A DNA stretch of 64,000 bases from an uncultured Chloroflexia bacterium. GTDB lineage: Bacteria; Chloroflexota; Limnocylindria; Limnocylindrales; CSP1-4. Shown here piece after piece: positions 30,083 to 41,594 of this stretch; positions within the stretch are counted from its first letter, which is position 1; the number at the start of each line of letters is the position of its first letter. The position numbers and the translations under genes are program-made. The stretch covers positions 640,001 through 704,000 of the forward strand of contig CAWHXD010000019.1 in assembly GCA_963833225.1 (NCBI GenBank), given 5' to 3'. The notes under the pieces were generated by a model. The model saw only the letters and a list, made by a program, of their open reading frames with translations, was not told where the DNA came from and made no database searches.

Positions 30083-31423
30083 ATGCGCACCGAACGCGTG
30101 CTGATCATGGGCGCCGCCGGCCGGGACTTCCACGACTTCAACGTGGTCTACCGAGGCGACCCCACTGTCGAGGTGGTGGCGTTCACCGCCACCCAGATCC
30201 CGGGCATCGCAGACCGCCGGTATCCGCCGGAGCTGGCCGGCGAGCGCTATCCCTCCGGGATCCCGATCCACCCGGAGGCGGAGCTGGAGCACCTGATCGA
30301 CGAGCTCGACGTGGACACGGTCGTGTTCGCCTACAGCGACGTCAGCCACGAGCAGGTCATGCATGCGGCGAGCCGGGTGCTCGCCGCCGGGGCCGACTTC
30401 AAGCTCCTGGGTCTCGATGCCACGCTCCTCGAGAGCACCAAGCCCGTGGTCGCCGTGTGCGCGGTCCGGACCGGCTGCGGCAAGAGCCAGACGAGCCGCC
30501 ACGTGGCCTCGCTGCTCGAGGCGCAGGGGCTCAAGGTGGCGGTGGTCCGTCATCCGATGCCGTACGGCGACCTCGTCGCCCAGCGCTGCCAGCGCTACGA
30601 GACGTATGCCGACCTCGACCGCCACCAGACCACGATCGAGGAGCGCGAGGAGTACGAGCCGCACCTCGACGCCGGACGGCTGGTATTCGCCGGGGTCGAC
30701 TACGAGGAGATCCTGCGGGCGGCCGAGGCCGAGGCCGACGTCGTCCTGTGGGACGGCGGCAACAACGACCTTCCGTTCTACCGGCCGGACGTGATGATCA
30801 CCGTTGCCGACCCGCTCCGGCCCGGCCACGAGCTGCGCTACCACCCGGGCGAGGCCAACCTGCGCATGGCCGACGTGATCGTCATCAACAAGGTGGACTC
30901 GGCGACGCCGGAGGCCCTTGCCACGGTCCGGGCCAGCATCGCCGAGGTCAACCCGCGGGCGGCCGTGGTCGAGGCGCGATCATCGCTCACCCTCGAGGGT
31001 GGGGTGATCCGGGGGCGCACGGTTGCGGTTGTCGAGGACGGCCCGACGCTCACCCACGGTGGCATGACCTACGGCGCCGGCGTGGTCGCGGCCAGGCGGT
31101 TCGGCGCCTCCGAGCTGGTGGACCCGCGGCCGTACGCCACGGGCGAGCTCGCGGACACGCTCGCGAAGTACCCGAAGCTCGAGCGCCTGCTGCCCGCGAT
31201 GGGCTATGGCGACAAGCAGATCCACGAGCTGGAGTCGGCGCTCGCCGCGATCCCGGCCGACGTGGTGCTTGCGGCGACGCCGATCGACATCACGCGGGTC
31301 CTCACCGTGGCCAAGCCCGTCGTGCGCGTCCGCTATGAGCTGGAGCCCGTGGTGGGATCGGTCGCCGAGCATCTCGGCCCCGTGATCCGGCGCGCCAAGG
31401 AGGCCATGGCCACGACCCGCTGA
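30083..31423 (+). CDS. COG2403 P-loop NTPase (cyclic-2,3-diphosphoglycerate-synthetase-like / arginine synthetase ArcE family)
   Basis: IMGAAGRDFHDFN, AFTATQIP, AVRTGCGKSQT, RHPMPYG, TIEEREEYE, WDGGNND, EDGPTLTHGGM. Confidence 0.82.
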   Translation: MRTERVLIMGAAGRDFHDFNVVYRGDPTVEVVAFTATQIPGIADRRYPPELAGERYPSGIPIHPEAELEHLIDELDVDTVVFAYSDVSHEQVMHAASRVLAAGADFKLLGLDATLLESTKPVVAVCAVRTGCGKSQTSRHVASLLEAQGLKVAVVRHPMPYGDLVAQRCQRYETYADLDRHQTTIEEREEYEPHLDAGRLVFAGVDYEEILRAAEAEADVVLWDGGNNDLPFYRPDVMITVADPLRPGHELRYHPGEANLRMADVIVINKVDSATPEALATVRASIAEVNPRAAVVEARSSLTLEGGVIRGRTVAVVEDGPTLTHGGMTYGAGVVAARRFGASELVDPRPYATGELADTLAKYPKLERLLPAMGYGDKQIHELESALAAIPADVVLAATPIDITRVLTVAKPVVRVRYELEPVVGSVAEHLGPVIRRAKEAMATTR

Positions 31424-31429
31424 TCAAGC

Positions 31430-32120
31430 TCACGGTTCCGGGGCCGGTCGCGTCACGTCGCGGCCGGTCCCGTTCCGAGGCGTGACGGCGAGTCCGCTCT
31501 CGGCCATCGCGTCGCCCAGCCCCCCGATGCCGGTGAACCGCCGCTCGTAGGCGAGCCCGAGCCGTGCTGCCGCATCCTGGGCGCTCGCATCGAGGGCCTC
31601 GTCGTCGGTCTGCGCGAGGTACACGAGCCGGCGGTAGTTGCCAAAGATGGTGGGCAGCAGCTGCGGGTGCCGGTCGAGCTTCAGGCCCTTCCACACGAGG
31701 GTGTCGAACTGGCGGGCCAGGAAGTCGGTGAGATAGAAGGTCCCGGGCTCCTCGTCCGAGAGCGCGGCGAACGCCTCGCTGCCGGCGTAGATCTCGTAGC
31801 AGTGCGCGCCGGGCAGGCGTTCGACGCCGGTGCCCGCGAGGGCCGCATCGAGCATCCCGCCCGTCCCACAGTCGGCATACCCGACGAGCAACCCGACGTC
31901 CGGCCCGCGCTCGGCCTGCATGGTGGCGATTTCGATCGAGCACGGCGGCGGGGATCCGTTCCGGGCGGCTGTGCAGCGACGCCGGCAGGCAGGTGAGCTC
32001 GACGCCCGGGACCTGGGCCAGCACCGCGAGCAGCTCCCGGGCCAGCGCACCGCAGCCGATCACGACCGTGGGCGCTGTGGCCGTCGGCTCGTCTGGGTCG
32101 CTGTGCCGGTCGTTGGTCAC
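31430..32120 (-). CDS. DUF1638 protein, frameshift near 31932
   Basis: IGCGALARE...CLPASLHSRPERI (ORF 31302..32150) joins GYADCGTGG, HCYE and GTFYLTDFLARQF (ORF 31430..32050). Confidence 0.82.
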
Positions 32121-32144
32121 GCCAGCTCCGATGCCACTGGGGTG

Positions 32145-32177
32145 TTCCATGATGTGGAATGATGCCGCATGGCGGAA
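32145..32177. promoter_or_regulatory. Two tandem IclR-type operator candidates TTCCATGATGTGGAA and TGCCGCATGGCGGAA
   Basis: 15-bp TTCCR-N5-YGGAA-like palindromes in the DUF1638/betA divergent spacer. Confidence 0.55.
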
Positions 32178-32359
32178 CGATCTCCGTGGAGCAGCCTACG
32201 AGATCGAGCGAACAGGTGTCCAGCGAGCAGCCGTCGGACCTGCCACATGGACCCTGTGCGGTGCCCGACGACGGGGCATGATGGCCGTCCTGCACGAGTG
32301 GACCCGCCGATGCCGAGGATGGCCGGTGCTCCCCGTGTCATCCGGAGGTGGCAGACCAC

Positions 32360-34048
32360 GTGAGCGGGACGCGCTGGGATTACGTGATCGTGGGCGGCGG
32401 GTCCGCCGGCTGTGTCCTCGCCAACCGCCTGTCGGCGGATCCGTCGACACGGGTGCTGGTGCTCGAGGCCGGCCGTCGCGACTGGCCGTTCGACGTGTTC
32501 CTCCACATGCCGGCGGCGCTCACGTTCCCCATCGGGAGCCGGTTCTACGACTGGCAGTACGAGTCGGAGCCGGAGCCGTTCATGAACGGCCGACGCGTGT
32601 ATCACGCCCGGGGCAAGGTGCTTGGCGGCAGCTCGTCCATCAATGGGATGATCTTCCAGCGTGGCAACCCGCTCGACTACGAGCGCTGGGCGGCGGACCC
32701 GGGCATGGACACCTGGTCGTTCGCGCACTGCCTGCCGTACTTCAAGCGGATGGAGGACTGCACCGCTGCCGCCCCGGACGACCCGTTCCGCGGCCACGGC
32801 GGTCCACTCGTGCTCGAGCGTGGACCCGCCACCAGCCCGCTGTTCAGGGCCTGGTTCGAGGCCGCGGTGGAGGCGGGCTACGAGCGGACCGAGGACGTCA
32901 ACGGCTACCGCCAGGAGGGCGTGGCGCCGTTCGACCGGAACATCCGGAAGGGCCGCCGCTGGTCGGCGACGAAGGCCTACCTCGATCCCGTCCGCGGCCG
33001 GCGCAACCTCGAGATCCGGACCGGCACCTTCGTGACCCGGGTCCTGTTCGATGGCACCCGTGCCACCGGCGTCGAGGTCGCGAAGGGGAACGGCACCGAG
33101 CGCATCGACGCGGGCGAGGTCATCCTCGCCGGGGGCTCCATCAATTCGCCCCAAACGCTGCTGGTCAGCGGCGTCGGCCCCGCCGACCACCTCGGGGAGC
33201 ACGGCATCCCGGTCGTCGCCGACCTGCCGGGCGTGGGTGCCAACCTCCAGGACCATCTGGAGGTCTACATCCAGTACCGGTCACTCCAGCCGGTCTCCAT
33301 GCAGCCCCAGGCGACGCAGCTCTGGCGGCGCCCGTTCATCGGCGCCCAGTGGCTGTTCCTGCACAGCGGCCCCGGGGCGACGAACCATTTCGAGGCGGGC
33401 GGCTTCGTGCGCAGCAACGAGGACGTGGCCTACCCGAACCTGATGTTCCACTTCCTGCCGCTCTCGATCCGCTACGACGGCTCGAAGGGGGAGGGGGGTC
33501 ACGGCTACCAGGTCCACGTGGGCCCGATGTACTCCGACGCGCGAGGGTCGCTCCGCCTCAAGAGCGCCGATCCCCGGACCAAGCCCGCGCTGCGCTTCAA
33601 CTACCTGTCGACCGAGCAGGACCGCCGGGAATGGGTGGAGGCCGTGCGCATCGCGCGCCGGATCCTGACCCAGCCCGCGTTCGTCCCCTTCAACGGCGGC
33701 GAGACCTCGCCGGGCGGGACGGTCGAGACGGACGAGGAGATCCTGTCCTGGGTCGCTCGCGACGCGGAGACGGCGCTCCACCCCTCATGCACGACGAAGA
33801 TGGGCACGGGGCCGGACGCGGTGCTCGACCCGCGCACGATGCGCGTCCACGGCGTCGACGGGCTGCGGGTGATCGATGCCTCGTCGTTCCCCTACGTCAC
33901 CAACGGGAACATCTACGCACCCGTGATGATGCTGGCCGAGAAGGCGTCCGACCTGGTGACCGGCAACACGCCCCTCGCCCCGGACCCCGTGCCCTTCTAC
34001 CGCCATCGGCCCGAAGGGCCAGGCACGGACGTGGCCCCGGGCGGCTGA
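32360..34048 (+). CDS. betA: Choline dehydrogenase (GMC oxidoreductase)
   Basis: [45 protein letters not shown]; adjacent betaine ABC transporter. Confidence 0.93.
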   Translation: MSGTRWDYVIVGGGSAGCVLANRLSADPSTRVLVLEAGRRDWPFDVFLHMPAALTFPIGSRFYDWQYESEPEPFMNGRRVYHARGKVLGGSSSINGMIFQRGNPLDYERWAADPGMDTWSFAHCLPYFKRMEDCTAAAPDDPFRGHGGPLVLERGPATSPLFRAWFEAAVEAGYERTEDVNGYRQEGVAPFDRNIRKGRRWSATKAYLDPVRGRRNLEIRTGTFVTRVLFDGTRATGVEVAKGNGTERIDAGEVILAGGSINSPQTLLVSGVGPADHLGEHGIPVVADLPGVGANLQDHLEVYIQYRSLQPVSMQPQATQLWRRPFIGAQWLFLHSGPGATNHFEAGGFVRSNEDVAYPNLMFHFLPLSIRYDGSKGEGGHGYQVHVGPMYSDARGSLRLKSADPRTKPALRFNYLSTEQDRREWVEAVRIARRILTQPAFVPFNGGETSPGGTVETDEEILSWVARDAETALHPSCTTKMGTGPDAVLDPRTMRVHGVDGLRVIDASSFPYVTNGNIYAPVMMLAEKASDLVTGNTPLAPDPVPFYRHRPEGPGTDVAPGG

Positions 34049-34223
34049 CGGGGATCACGCACCGGGACGGAGGGGGCTGAGGCGAGGTTCGCCTTGACCT
34101 CCGGCGCCCGGTTGTCCATCCTGTGGCGATCCGAGGGGTCGGGTCCGCGACGCGTGCGCGTTGCGACGGCGTGCCCGTGATCGGCGAGGTGGCAATGGTG
34201 AGCGAGCACCCGGGCAACGCCCG

Positions 34224-35267
34224 TTGAGCGGGGACGAAGCAGCCCCGACGATTGCTGCCCGGGGCGTGTGGAAGATCTTCGGGTCGGCCGGCGCAAAGCT
34301 CAAGGAGCCGCCGGGGCGGGACGTGGTCACCGCCGACTTCCGCCGCGAGACCGGCTCCACGATCGCCGTCCGCGATGTCTCGTTCGAGGTCCAGCCCGGC
34401 GAGGTGTTCGTGGTCATGGGCCTCTCGGGATCCGGCAAGTCCACGCTCGTGCGGTGCCTGACCCGCCTCATCGAGCCCACCTTCGGCGAGATCCTCCTCG
34501 ACGGCGAGGACATCCGTCAGGCAGACCCCAAGCGCCTTCGTGAGCTTCGCCGCCACCGGTTCTCGATGGTGTTCCAGCACTTCGGACTGCTGCCGCACCG
34601 GCGCGTCGTGGACAACGTGGCCCTGGGCCTCGAGATCCGCGGCGATGACCGCAAGACGCGCATGGACCGTGCCCGGGAGCTCCTCACCCTGGTGGGCCTG
34701 GAGCCGCACGCGATGGCCTACCCGGACCAGCTGTCGGGCGGCCAGCAGCAGCGTGTGGGCCTGGCCCGGGCCCTCGCCGTGGACCCCGAGGTGCTGTTCT
34801 TCGACGAGCCGTTCAGCGCGCTCGACCCGCTCATCCGGCGCGACATGCAGAACGAGGTCATCCGCCTCCACCACGAGATGGGCAAGACGATGGTGTTCAT
34901 CACCCACGACCTGTCCGAGGCGCTCAAGCTGGGCGACCACGTCGCGATCATGCGGGCCGGGGAGATCGTGCAGATCGGGCGCCCCGAGGAGATCGTCGGC
35001 GCGCCCGCTGACGACTACGTCGCCGACTTCGTCCAGGACGTGCCCAAGTCGTACGTGCTCACCCTCGGCTGGATCAAGCGCTCGGTCCGCCCCGAGGATC
35101 CGCTCGACGGCCCGGAGTTCCCGGCCTCCACCACGATCCGCTCTGCGGTCCATGTGGCGGCCGGCACGGATCGCCCGATCCGGATCGTGGAAGGGGGCAC
35201 GCTCGTCGGGCTGGTGGACCGCGCACAGATCCTGTCCGCCATCGCGGGCGTGGGGCCCGAGGGTTGA
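34224..35267 (+). CDS. Glycine betaine/choline ABC transporter ATP-binding subunit (ProV/OpuAA); start uncertain
   Basis: [42 protein letters not shown]. Confidence 0.92.
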   Translation: MSGDEAAPTIAARGVWKIFGSAGAKLKEPPGRDVVTADFRRETGSTIAVRDVSFEVQPGEVFVVMGLSGSGKSTLVRCLTRLIEPTFGEILLDGEDIRQADPKRLRELRRHRFSMVFQHFGLLPHRRVVDNVALGLEIRGDDRKTRMDRARELLTLVGLEPHAMAYPDQLSGGQQQRVGLARALAVDPEVLFFDEPFSALDPLIRRDMQNEVIRLHHEMGKTMVFITHDLSEALKLGDHVAIMRAGEIVQIGRPEEIVGAPADDYVADFVQDVPKSYVLTLGWIKRSVRPEDPLDGPEFPASTTIRSAVHVAAGTDRPIRIVEGGTLVGLVDRAQILSAIAGVGPEG

Positions 35268-37189
35268 CCGCGATCGGCCGGGGAGCCATCCCGGTCGCCG
35301 GCCTCGGGGTGTCCCGACGCACGATCGCGGTCGCCGGCGCGGTCGTGGCGATCGTCCTGTGGCTCGTATTCCGCGGCCAGATGAACCTGCCGCACAACGA
35401 CGACTACGACCTGTTCAACTGGCTCAACGGCCTCCGCACCTGGGTCAACGAGAACCGCACCGTCCTCGAACCCATCCGGGTCGGCGTCGCCGGGCTGGTC
35501 GGCGTGTTCGACGAGCTGCTGGCGTCGCTGGGCTGGCCGGGCGTGATCGGGATCGTGGCGGCGCTCGGGTACGCGTTCGGTGGCGTCCGCCTCCTCGTGC
35601 TGGTCACGACGGGACTCCTGCTGCTGGGGGTGCTGGAGCTGTGGGACGCCAGCATGGCCGTGATGGCGATGATGCTGGCCGCGGTCCTGCTGGCGCTGCT
35701 GATCGGCCTGCCGCTGGGGATCCTCGCCGGGCGGTACGAACGGGTGGCGGCGTTCCTGGCGCCGATCCTCGACTTCATGCAGATCATGCCCACCTTGGCC
35801 TACCTGACGCCGATCACCCTCCTGTTCCTGATCGGCGTGGCGCCATCCACGGTGGCGACGTTGATCTTCGCGGTGCCGGCGGCGATCCGGATCACGGCCC
35901 TCGGGATCCGCGGCGTGTCGCCCACGACCGTGGAGGCGGCCCGCTCGCTGGGAGCGACGGAGGGCCAGCTGCTGCGCAAGGTGACCCTGCCCCTCGCGCG
36001 CCGCCCGATCGGGCTGGCCATCAACCAGACGATCATGCTCGCGCTGTCGATGGTGGTCATCACCGCGCTCATCGGCGCACCCGGCCTGGGCCGGATCCTC
36101 CAGCAGGCCCTGTCCAAGGTGAACGTCGGCGAGGCCTTCGACGCAGGGATCGCGATCGTCATCCTCGCGATCGTCCTCGACCGCCTGACCTATGCCGCCG
36201 GCGAGTGGCTCGACCCCCGCGAGCGGGCCGCGCAGCGGCGGCGCGGCGGCCGTGGGGTGACGCTCGCGATCGTGGCCGGCCTCGTTGCCCTCGGCCTGGC
36301 TGCGCCGCTGCTCATCGACGCCAGGCAGTTCCCGGACACGGTCACGTTCTCGTTCGCCGACCCCGTCAACTCGGGCGTGAGCTGGTTCACGGATACCTTC
36401 CGGACGGTCACCATCGGGTTCAAGGACGCGGTTACCTATGGGTTCCTCAATCCGCTCGAGACCGTGCTGACCCAGGCTCCCTGGTGGCTGGTCATCGCGG
36501 TGGCGGGCCTGGTGGCGCGCGCCGTGTCGGGCCTTCGGGCGGCCGTCGTGGTCGTGGTCAGCCTGGTCCTGATCGCGCTGATCGGCCTCTGGGCCCACGC
36601 GATGGCCACGCTTGCGAACGTGGTCGTGGGCACGCTGCTGACCCTGGGGATCGGGCTCGTGATCGGCATCGTCTCCGCGCGCAACGACCGCTTCCGGACG
36701 TTCCTGCGGCCGCTGCTGGACGCAGCCCAGACGCTGCCGGCGTTCGTCTACCTGATCCCGGCCCTCGCGCTGTTCGACCCGACCCGGTTCACCGCGATCG
36801 TGGCGGCGGTCATCTATGCGCTGCCGCCCGTGATCCGCCTCGTGGATGTCGGCATCCGGGCGGTGCCGGCCACGGTGATCGAAGCAGCCACGGCATCCGG
36901 GGCCACCGCGTGGCAGCTCCTGTGGAAGGTCCAGCTGCCGATGTCGCGCTTCGCGCTCCTGCTGGCGGCCAACCAGGGGATCGTGATGGTCCTGTCCATG
37001 GTCGTGATCGGCGCGCTGGTGGGGGCGGGCGCGCTAGGCTACGACGTCATCACCGGGTTCGCCCAGGGCAAGGACTTCGGCAAGGGGCTCGCGGCTGGCA
37101 TCGCGATCGTCCTGCTGGGGATCCTGCTGGACCGGATCACGCAAGGGGCCGGCGGCAACCGCCGCGCAGGCATGGAGGGTGCCGGCTGA
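35264..37189 (+). CDS. Betaine ABC permease with two fused ProW-type domains
   Basis: Two repeats of the pattern LD..Q..P...YL.P, EAA...GAT, NQ.I...LSMVVI.AL.GA..LG. Confidence 0.9.
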   Translation: MTAIGRGAIPVAGLGVSRRTIAVAGAVVAIVLWLVFRGQMNLPHNDDYDLFNWLNGLRTWVNENRTVLEPIRVGVAGLVGVFDELLASLGWPGVIGIVAALGYAFGGVRLLVLVTTGLLLLGVLELWDASMAVMAMMLAAVLLALLIGLPLGILAGRYERVAAFLAPILDFMQIMPTLAYLTPITLLFLIGVAPSTVATLIFAVPAAIRITALGIRGVSPTTVEAARSLGATEGQLLRKVTLPLARRPIGLAINQTIMLALSMVVITALIGAPGLGRILQQALSKVNVGEAFDAGIAIVILAIVLDRLTYAAGEWLDPRERAAQRRRGGRGVTLAIVAGLVALGLAAPLLIDARQFPDTVTFSFADPVNSGVSWFTDTFRTVTIGFKDAVTYGFLNPLETVLTQAPWWLVIAVAGLVARAVSGLRAAVVVVVSLVLIALIGLWAHAMATLANVVVGTLLTLGIGLVIGIVSARNDRFRTFLRPLLDAAQTLPAFVYLIPALALFDPTRFTAIVAAVIYALPPVIRLVDVGIRAVPATVIEAATASGATAWQLLWKVQLPMSRFALLLAANQGIVMVLSMVVIGALVGAGALGYDVITGFAQGKDFGKGLAAGIAIVLLGILLDRITQGAGGNRRAGMEGAG

Positions 37190-37213
37190 GCCGGCGCAAG
37201 GAGGAGCAACAGA

Positions 37214-38266
37214 ATGACCCGAACCAACGTGCAGCGCTGGCTGGCGCTCTCGGCCGCGACGATGCTGTTCGTGGCCGGCTGCGCCCAGAGCTCCGGCGCG
37301 ACGGCGGCACCGGCAACCCCGGCGCCTGTCGCCACGACGGCCCCTGCGGCGAGCACGGCCGCGGGCTCCGAGGCCCCCGCCGAGTCCACGGGCCCCACCG
37401 CCGCCACCTGTGAGGGCAGCGGCGATCACGGCACGGTCCAGCTCATGATCAACCAGTGGGTCGGCGCCGAGGCGAACGTCGCCGTCGCCGAGTGCCTGCT
37501 CAAGCAGATGGGCTACGACGTCAAGACCAACACCCTCGCCGAGGAGGTCGCCTGGCAGGGCTTCGAGACCGGCGAGGTTGACGTCATCCTCGAGAACTGG
37601 GGCCACCCCGACCTCGAGCAGCAGTACATCACCGATACCAAGCTCGCCACCGACGCCGGTCCGATGGGCGTGCAGGGGATCATCGGCTGGTACGTGCCCG
37701 GCTGGATGGCCGACCAGTACCCCGACATCACCGATTGGAACAACCTCAACAAGTACGCCGACCTGTTCAAGACCTCGGAGTCGGGTGACAAGGGCCAGTT
37801 CCTGGGCGCCGATCCGACGTTCGTCCAGTACGACCAGGCGCTGATCACCAACCTCGGTCTCAACTTCAAGGACGTGTTCTCGGGCTCCGAGGCCGCCACC
37901 ATCACCGCGTTCCAGGCCGCCGACAAGAACCAGACCCCGCTCATCGGCTACTTCTACGATCCGCAGTGGCTCCAGAGCGAGATCAAGCTGGTCAAGGTCA
38001 ATCTGCCGGCCTACACCCCCGGCTGTGACGCGGACCTCAAGAAGGTCGCCTGCGACTATCCCGCGTACACGCTCAACAAGATCGTCCGGACCGCCTGGCT
38101 GGACGAGGGCGGCGCCGCCCAGCAGTTCATCAAGAACTTCAACTGGACCAACGCGGACCAGAACCAGGTCGCCGACCTCATCACCAACGGCGGCATGTCC
38201 GACGCCGAGGCGGCCAAGGTCTGGATCGACGGCCACCCGGACGTCTGGCAGGCCTGGATCCCCTGA
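37214..38266 (+). CDS. Glycine betaine-binding lipoprotein (ProX/OpuAC)
   Basis: Lipobox VAGC, ILENW, GWYVP, YFYDPQW; AGGAG SD. Confidence 0.9.
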   Translation: MTRTNVQRWLALSAATMLFVAGCAQSSGATAAPATPAPVATTAPAASTAAGSEAPAESTGPTAATCEGSGDHGTVQLMINQWVGAEANVAVAECLLKQMGYDVKTNTLAEEVAWQGFETGEVDVILENWGHPDLEQQYITDTKLATDAGPMGVQGIIGWYVPGWMADQYPDITDWNNLNKYADLFKTSESGDKGQFLGADPTFVQYDQALITNLGLNFKDVFSGSEAATITAFQAADKNQTPLIGYFYDPQWLQSEIKLVKVNLPAYTPGCDADLKKVACDYPAYTLNKIVRTAWLDEGGAAQQFIKNFNWTNADQNQVADLITNGGMSDAEAAKVWIDGHPDVWQAWIP

Positions 38267-38292
38267 TCCGCTGATCTCACCCTCAGCCTTTT

Positions 38293-38326
38293 CACCGCCG
38301 GCGCCGGGTCACCCGCGCCGGCGGTG
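38293..38326 (+). terminator. 12-bp hairpin after the betaine operon
   Basis: CACCGCCGGCGC / GCGCCGGCGGTG. Confidence 0.55.
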
Positions 38327-38467
38327 TCGCGTCCGGGTCCTTCGACCGGCGCACCAGCCCGGCAGCCCGCCATCGCGATGGCTCCCGGCGCGCTCGAACA
38401 GGACCAACGGCAGGCGCCGTGGCCTCTCCCGGGGCCGACGATGCGCCTGTCGCATGGAGAGCACCCG

Positions 38468-38827
38468 ATGCACGGAACCTCACGACGCCGGACCGTGGAA
38501 CGACCGGCCGGGGTCGGCGTCAATGCTGTCGTCTGGATCGAGCCGGGCCGCGCGATCGTCGTCCGCGGTGGCGATGGCGCCGAGCTCGCCTCGACTGAGC
38601 TCCCGATCCCCGCGGCGTTCGCCATGACCCCGCCTGCCCTGGCCGAGGTGGCGCATTCCATCGGCGCCGTGGACCGGGTCCTGGTGCTCGGCGAGGGCGA
38701 TCTCCGGACCGCCCTCGAGCGCGAGATCGTGGCCATCGGCCACCGCCCCGAGACCATCAGCGAGGCGGAGGTCACCGGTCACGTCGACGCAGCGATCCTC
38801 GCGGAGCGGCTCGCGCACCTGCGGTAG
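38468..38827 (+). CDS. Small eRF1-domain-2/baeRF-like (host-attachment-like) protein
   Basis: AVVWIEPGRAIVVR ... VAHSIGAVDRVLVLGEGDLRTALEREI; paralogous to 48064..48520; GGAG SD. Confidence 0.55.
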   Translation: MHGTSRRRTVERPAGVGVNAVVWIEPGRAIVVRGGDGAELASTELPIPAAFAMTPPALAEVAHSIGAVDRVLVLGEGDLRTALEREIVAIGHRPETISEAEVTGHVDAAILAERLAHLR

Positions 38828-39045
38828 GCCGCCCGCGGCCAACCCGGCTCAGCGTCGGGTGATCGGCCACCTTGGCCTGATCGGGCGGGCCGTCCGGCAG
38901 GGGCCGATTGCCGACCGGCCCGGGCCCTCTCCACCGGACGGCACTCCCGCGCGACCCCCTCCCGGGCCGAGCATGTGGATGCGGGCCCGGAGCGCGTGAT
39001 CCTGTTGCGAGGCTCCGTACCCCCACGTAGCGAGGTCTGCGCGCG

Positions 39046-39558
39046 ATGCCGCCTGTGACACCTACGACGTCCCCCGATCTGATGCCGGCTCTTGCATCTT
39101 CCTGGTTCGGAGGAGGGTTGTCGCCCGAGGCGGTCGCCCGCCTGGCGTCGATCGCCTCGCGGCGCCTGGTGCCCTCGGACACCGAGCTGTTCCACGAGGG
39201 ACAGGTGACCGAGGCGATGTCGATCGTCCTCGACGGCCGGGTCGCGTTGCGGACGCTCGTGCCGGAGCGCGGCATGGTCACCATCCTCACGGTCGAGGCC
39301 GGCGACATCATCGGCTGGTCGGCGCTCGTGCCGCCGCACCGCGCCACGTCGGTGGGGATCGCGATCGAGCCCGTGACGCTGATCGACTTCCAGGGCGAGA
39401 CGCTGCGCCAGCTCCTGCGCGAGGACCATTCCCTCGCCGCGTCGGTCTACCCGCGCGTCATGCAGGCGATGGGCCGCCGGCTGGCTGCCACTCGCCTCCA
39501 GCAGCTGGACCTGTTCGCGCGCGAGGAGTGGAATCGGTCGGAGACCCGGCCGTGGTGA
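39046..39558 (+). CDS. Stand-alone cyclic-nucleotide-binding (Crp-like) domain protein
   Basis: LFHEGQ...IVLDGRV...GDIIGWSALV; no HTH follows; first gene of the hydrogenase operon. Confidence 0.85.
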   Translation: MPPVTPTTSPDLMPALASSWFGGGLSPEAVARLASIASRRLVPSDTELFHEGQVTEAMSIVLDGRVALRTLVPERGMVTILTVEAGDIIGWSALVPPHRATSVGIAIEPVTLIDFQGETLRQLLREDHSLAASVYPRVMQAMGRRLAATRLQQLDLFAREEWNRSETRPW

Positions 39559-41594
39559 ACGACGAGCGTCTCCCGTACGCGCCGTATCCCAGCCCGACCG
39601 GCACCGCCGTGGCGGCGGCGCCATCCTCGGTCGCCTCGCCCAACGGGACCGGGCCCTGGTTCCTCGCCAGGGCCAACCTCGGCCTGCTCCTGGACCAGCT
39701 CCGCGCCGACGGCCGGACCGTGATCGGGCCGACGGTCCGGGATGGGGCGATCGTGTACGGCGAGATCTCGTCCGTGGACGACCTGCCGGCCGGGATCGGA
39801 GACGAGCAGACGCCCGGCCACTACGGGCTGGTCGAGCGCGGCGACCGTCGGGTGTTCGACTACACGGTCGGACCCACGGGACCCAAGCGCTGGACGTTCC
39901 CGCCGATCGTGCCGCTCAACGTCGGCCGGCGTGAGGGCCGGTCCGTCAGCTTCGAGCCAGCGACCACCGAACCTGCCAGGCTGGCCTTCCTCGGCGTCCG
40001 GGCCTGCGAGGTCGCCGCCCTGGGCATCCAGGACCGCGTGTTCCTGGGCGGCCCGTACACCGACGAGGACTACCGGGCGCGCCGTCGGGGCGCCCTGATC
40101 ATCGCCGTCAACTGCGCGACCGCCGCCTCCACCTGCTTCTGCACCTCGATGGGCACCGGCCCCGAGGTCCGAGGGGGCTATGATCTCGCGCTCACGGAGC
40201 TCGACGAGGGCTTCGTCATCCGGACGGGATCCCCCGAGGGTGCCGCTCTCGTCGCCCACCTGCCGCTCCTGGCCGCCGACGCGGGCCAGATGCTCCGCGC
40301 GTCGGAGTCGGTGGGCAAGGTTGCCGCAACGATGGGCGACCCGGTTCCCACGGCGGGTCTCCACGATCGCCTGATCGCGCAGTTCGACAGCCCGCAGTGG
40401 GCCAAGGTGGCGGAACGCTGCCTCTCCTGCGCCAACTGCACGATGGTCTGCCCCACCTGCTTCTGCAGCAGCGTCACCCAGCGATCCGACCTGGACGGCG
40501 ACGTGTCGACCTCGGAGCGGGTCTGGGATTTCTGCTTCACGGCAGGCTTCGCCAAGGTCGCCGGAGGCAACTTCCGGAGCCGGCCGCGTGACCGGTACCG
40601 GCAATGGCTCACGCACAAGTTCGCGACCTGGGTGGACCAGTTCGGGATGTTCGGATGCGTCGGCTGCGGCCGGTGCATCACGTGGTGCCCGGTTGGCATC
40701 GACATCCGGCAGGAGCTGCTTGCCGTCGCGCCGCCGCTGGCGGCACGGCCGGACCCGGTCCGACCGGCGCCGGTCGCGGCCAGCCCGGGGGACTACGCGA
40801 CGGCCCGCGTGGTGTCGATCCGGCGCGAGACCCACGACGTGACCACCCTGACCATCGGCGACGTGGAGCCGGCGTTCCTCGCCGGCGCGTTCGGCCAGTT
40901 CGCCATGGTCGCGATGCCGGCCTTCCCGCCGGCCCCGATCTCCATCTCCCGGTTCGGACGTGACACCATCGACCTCACGATCCGGGCGGCGGGTCCCGCG
41001 ACGGCCGCGATCAGCGGCCTCGGCCCGCGCGACGAGATCGGTCTCCGGGGTCCCCTCGGCACGTCGTGGCCGATCGAGCGCGCGATGGGCCACGACGTGG
41101 TCATCGTCACCGGCGGCATCGGCCTGGCGCCGCTGCGACCGCTGATCGACGGGATCTTGGCCCAGCGGGACCACTTCGAGAACGTTCGCCTGTTCTACGG
41201 TGCCCGGACGCCGTCCGACCAGCTGTACGGCGAAGAGCTTCGCGGCTGGGCCGCGCGCGGCGATGTCGAGGTCAAGCTCATCGTCGACCGTGAGGGTCCC
41301 GGCTGGACAGGTCCGGTCGGCGTCGTCACCCAGCTGTTCGACCAGGCCACATGGAGCGGCGAGCGATCGCTGGCCTTCGTCTGTGGCCCCGAACGGATGA
41401 TGGAGGCGACGGCCGATGCCCTGTATGCCCGTGGCCTCTCGAGCGACCGCATCTTCGTGACGCTCGAGCGGCACATGGAATGCGGGATCGGTCTGTGCGG
41501 GCACTGCCAGACCGGCCGCCTGTTCGTGTGCCGGGACGGCCCCGTCTTCGCGCTGTCACAGCTCGGCGACGTCTTCGGCAGGGAGGGCATGTGA
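39555..41594 (+). CDS. Group 3b hydrogenase fused beta (4Fe-4S) + gamma (FAD/NAD(P), 2Fe-2S) subunit
   Basis: CLSCANCTMVCPTCFC, CVGCGRCITWCP, then PISIS, RGPLG, GGIGLAP, CGPERM, CGIGLCGHC...CRDGP in one frame. Confidence 0.9.
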   Translation: MNDERLPYAPYPSPTGTAVAAAPSSVASPNGTGPWFLARANLGLLLDQLRADGRTVIGPTVRDGAIVYGEISSVDDLPAGIGDEQTPGHYGLVERGDRRVFDYTVGPTGPKRWTFPPIVPLNVGRREGRSVSFEPATTEPARLAFLGVRACEVAALGIQDRVFLGGPYTDEDYRARRRGALIIAVNCATAASTCFCTSMGTGPEVRGGYDLALTELDEGFVIRTGSPEGAALVAHLPLLAADAGQMLRASESVGKVAATMGDPVPTAGLHDRLIAQFDSPQWAKVAERCLSCANCTMVCPTCFCSSVTQRSDLDGDVSTSERVWDFCFTAGFAKVAGGNFRSRPRDRYRQWLTHKFATWVDQFGMFGCVGCGRCITWCPVGIDIRQELLAVAPPLAARPDPVRPAPVAASPGDYATARVVSIRRETHDVTTLTIGDVEPAFLAGAFGQFAMVAMPAFPPAPISISRFGRDTIDLTIRAAGPATAAISGLGPRDEIGLRGPLGTSWPIERAMGHDVVIVTGGIGLAPLRPLIDGILAQRDHFENVRLFYGARTPSDQLYGEELRGWAARGDVEVKLIVDREGPGWTGPVGVVTQLFDQATWSGERSLAFVCGPERMMEATADALYARGLSSDRIFVTLERHMECGIGLCGHCQTGRLFVCRDGPVFALSQLGDVFGREGM

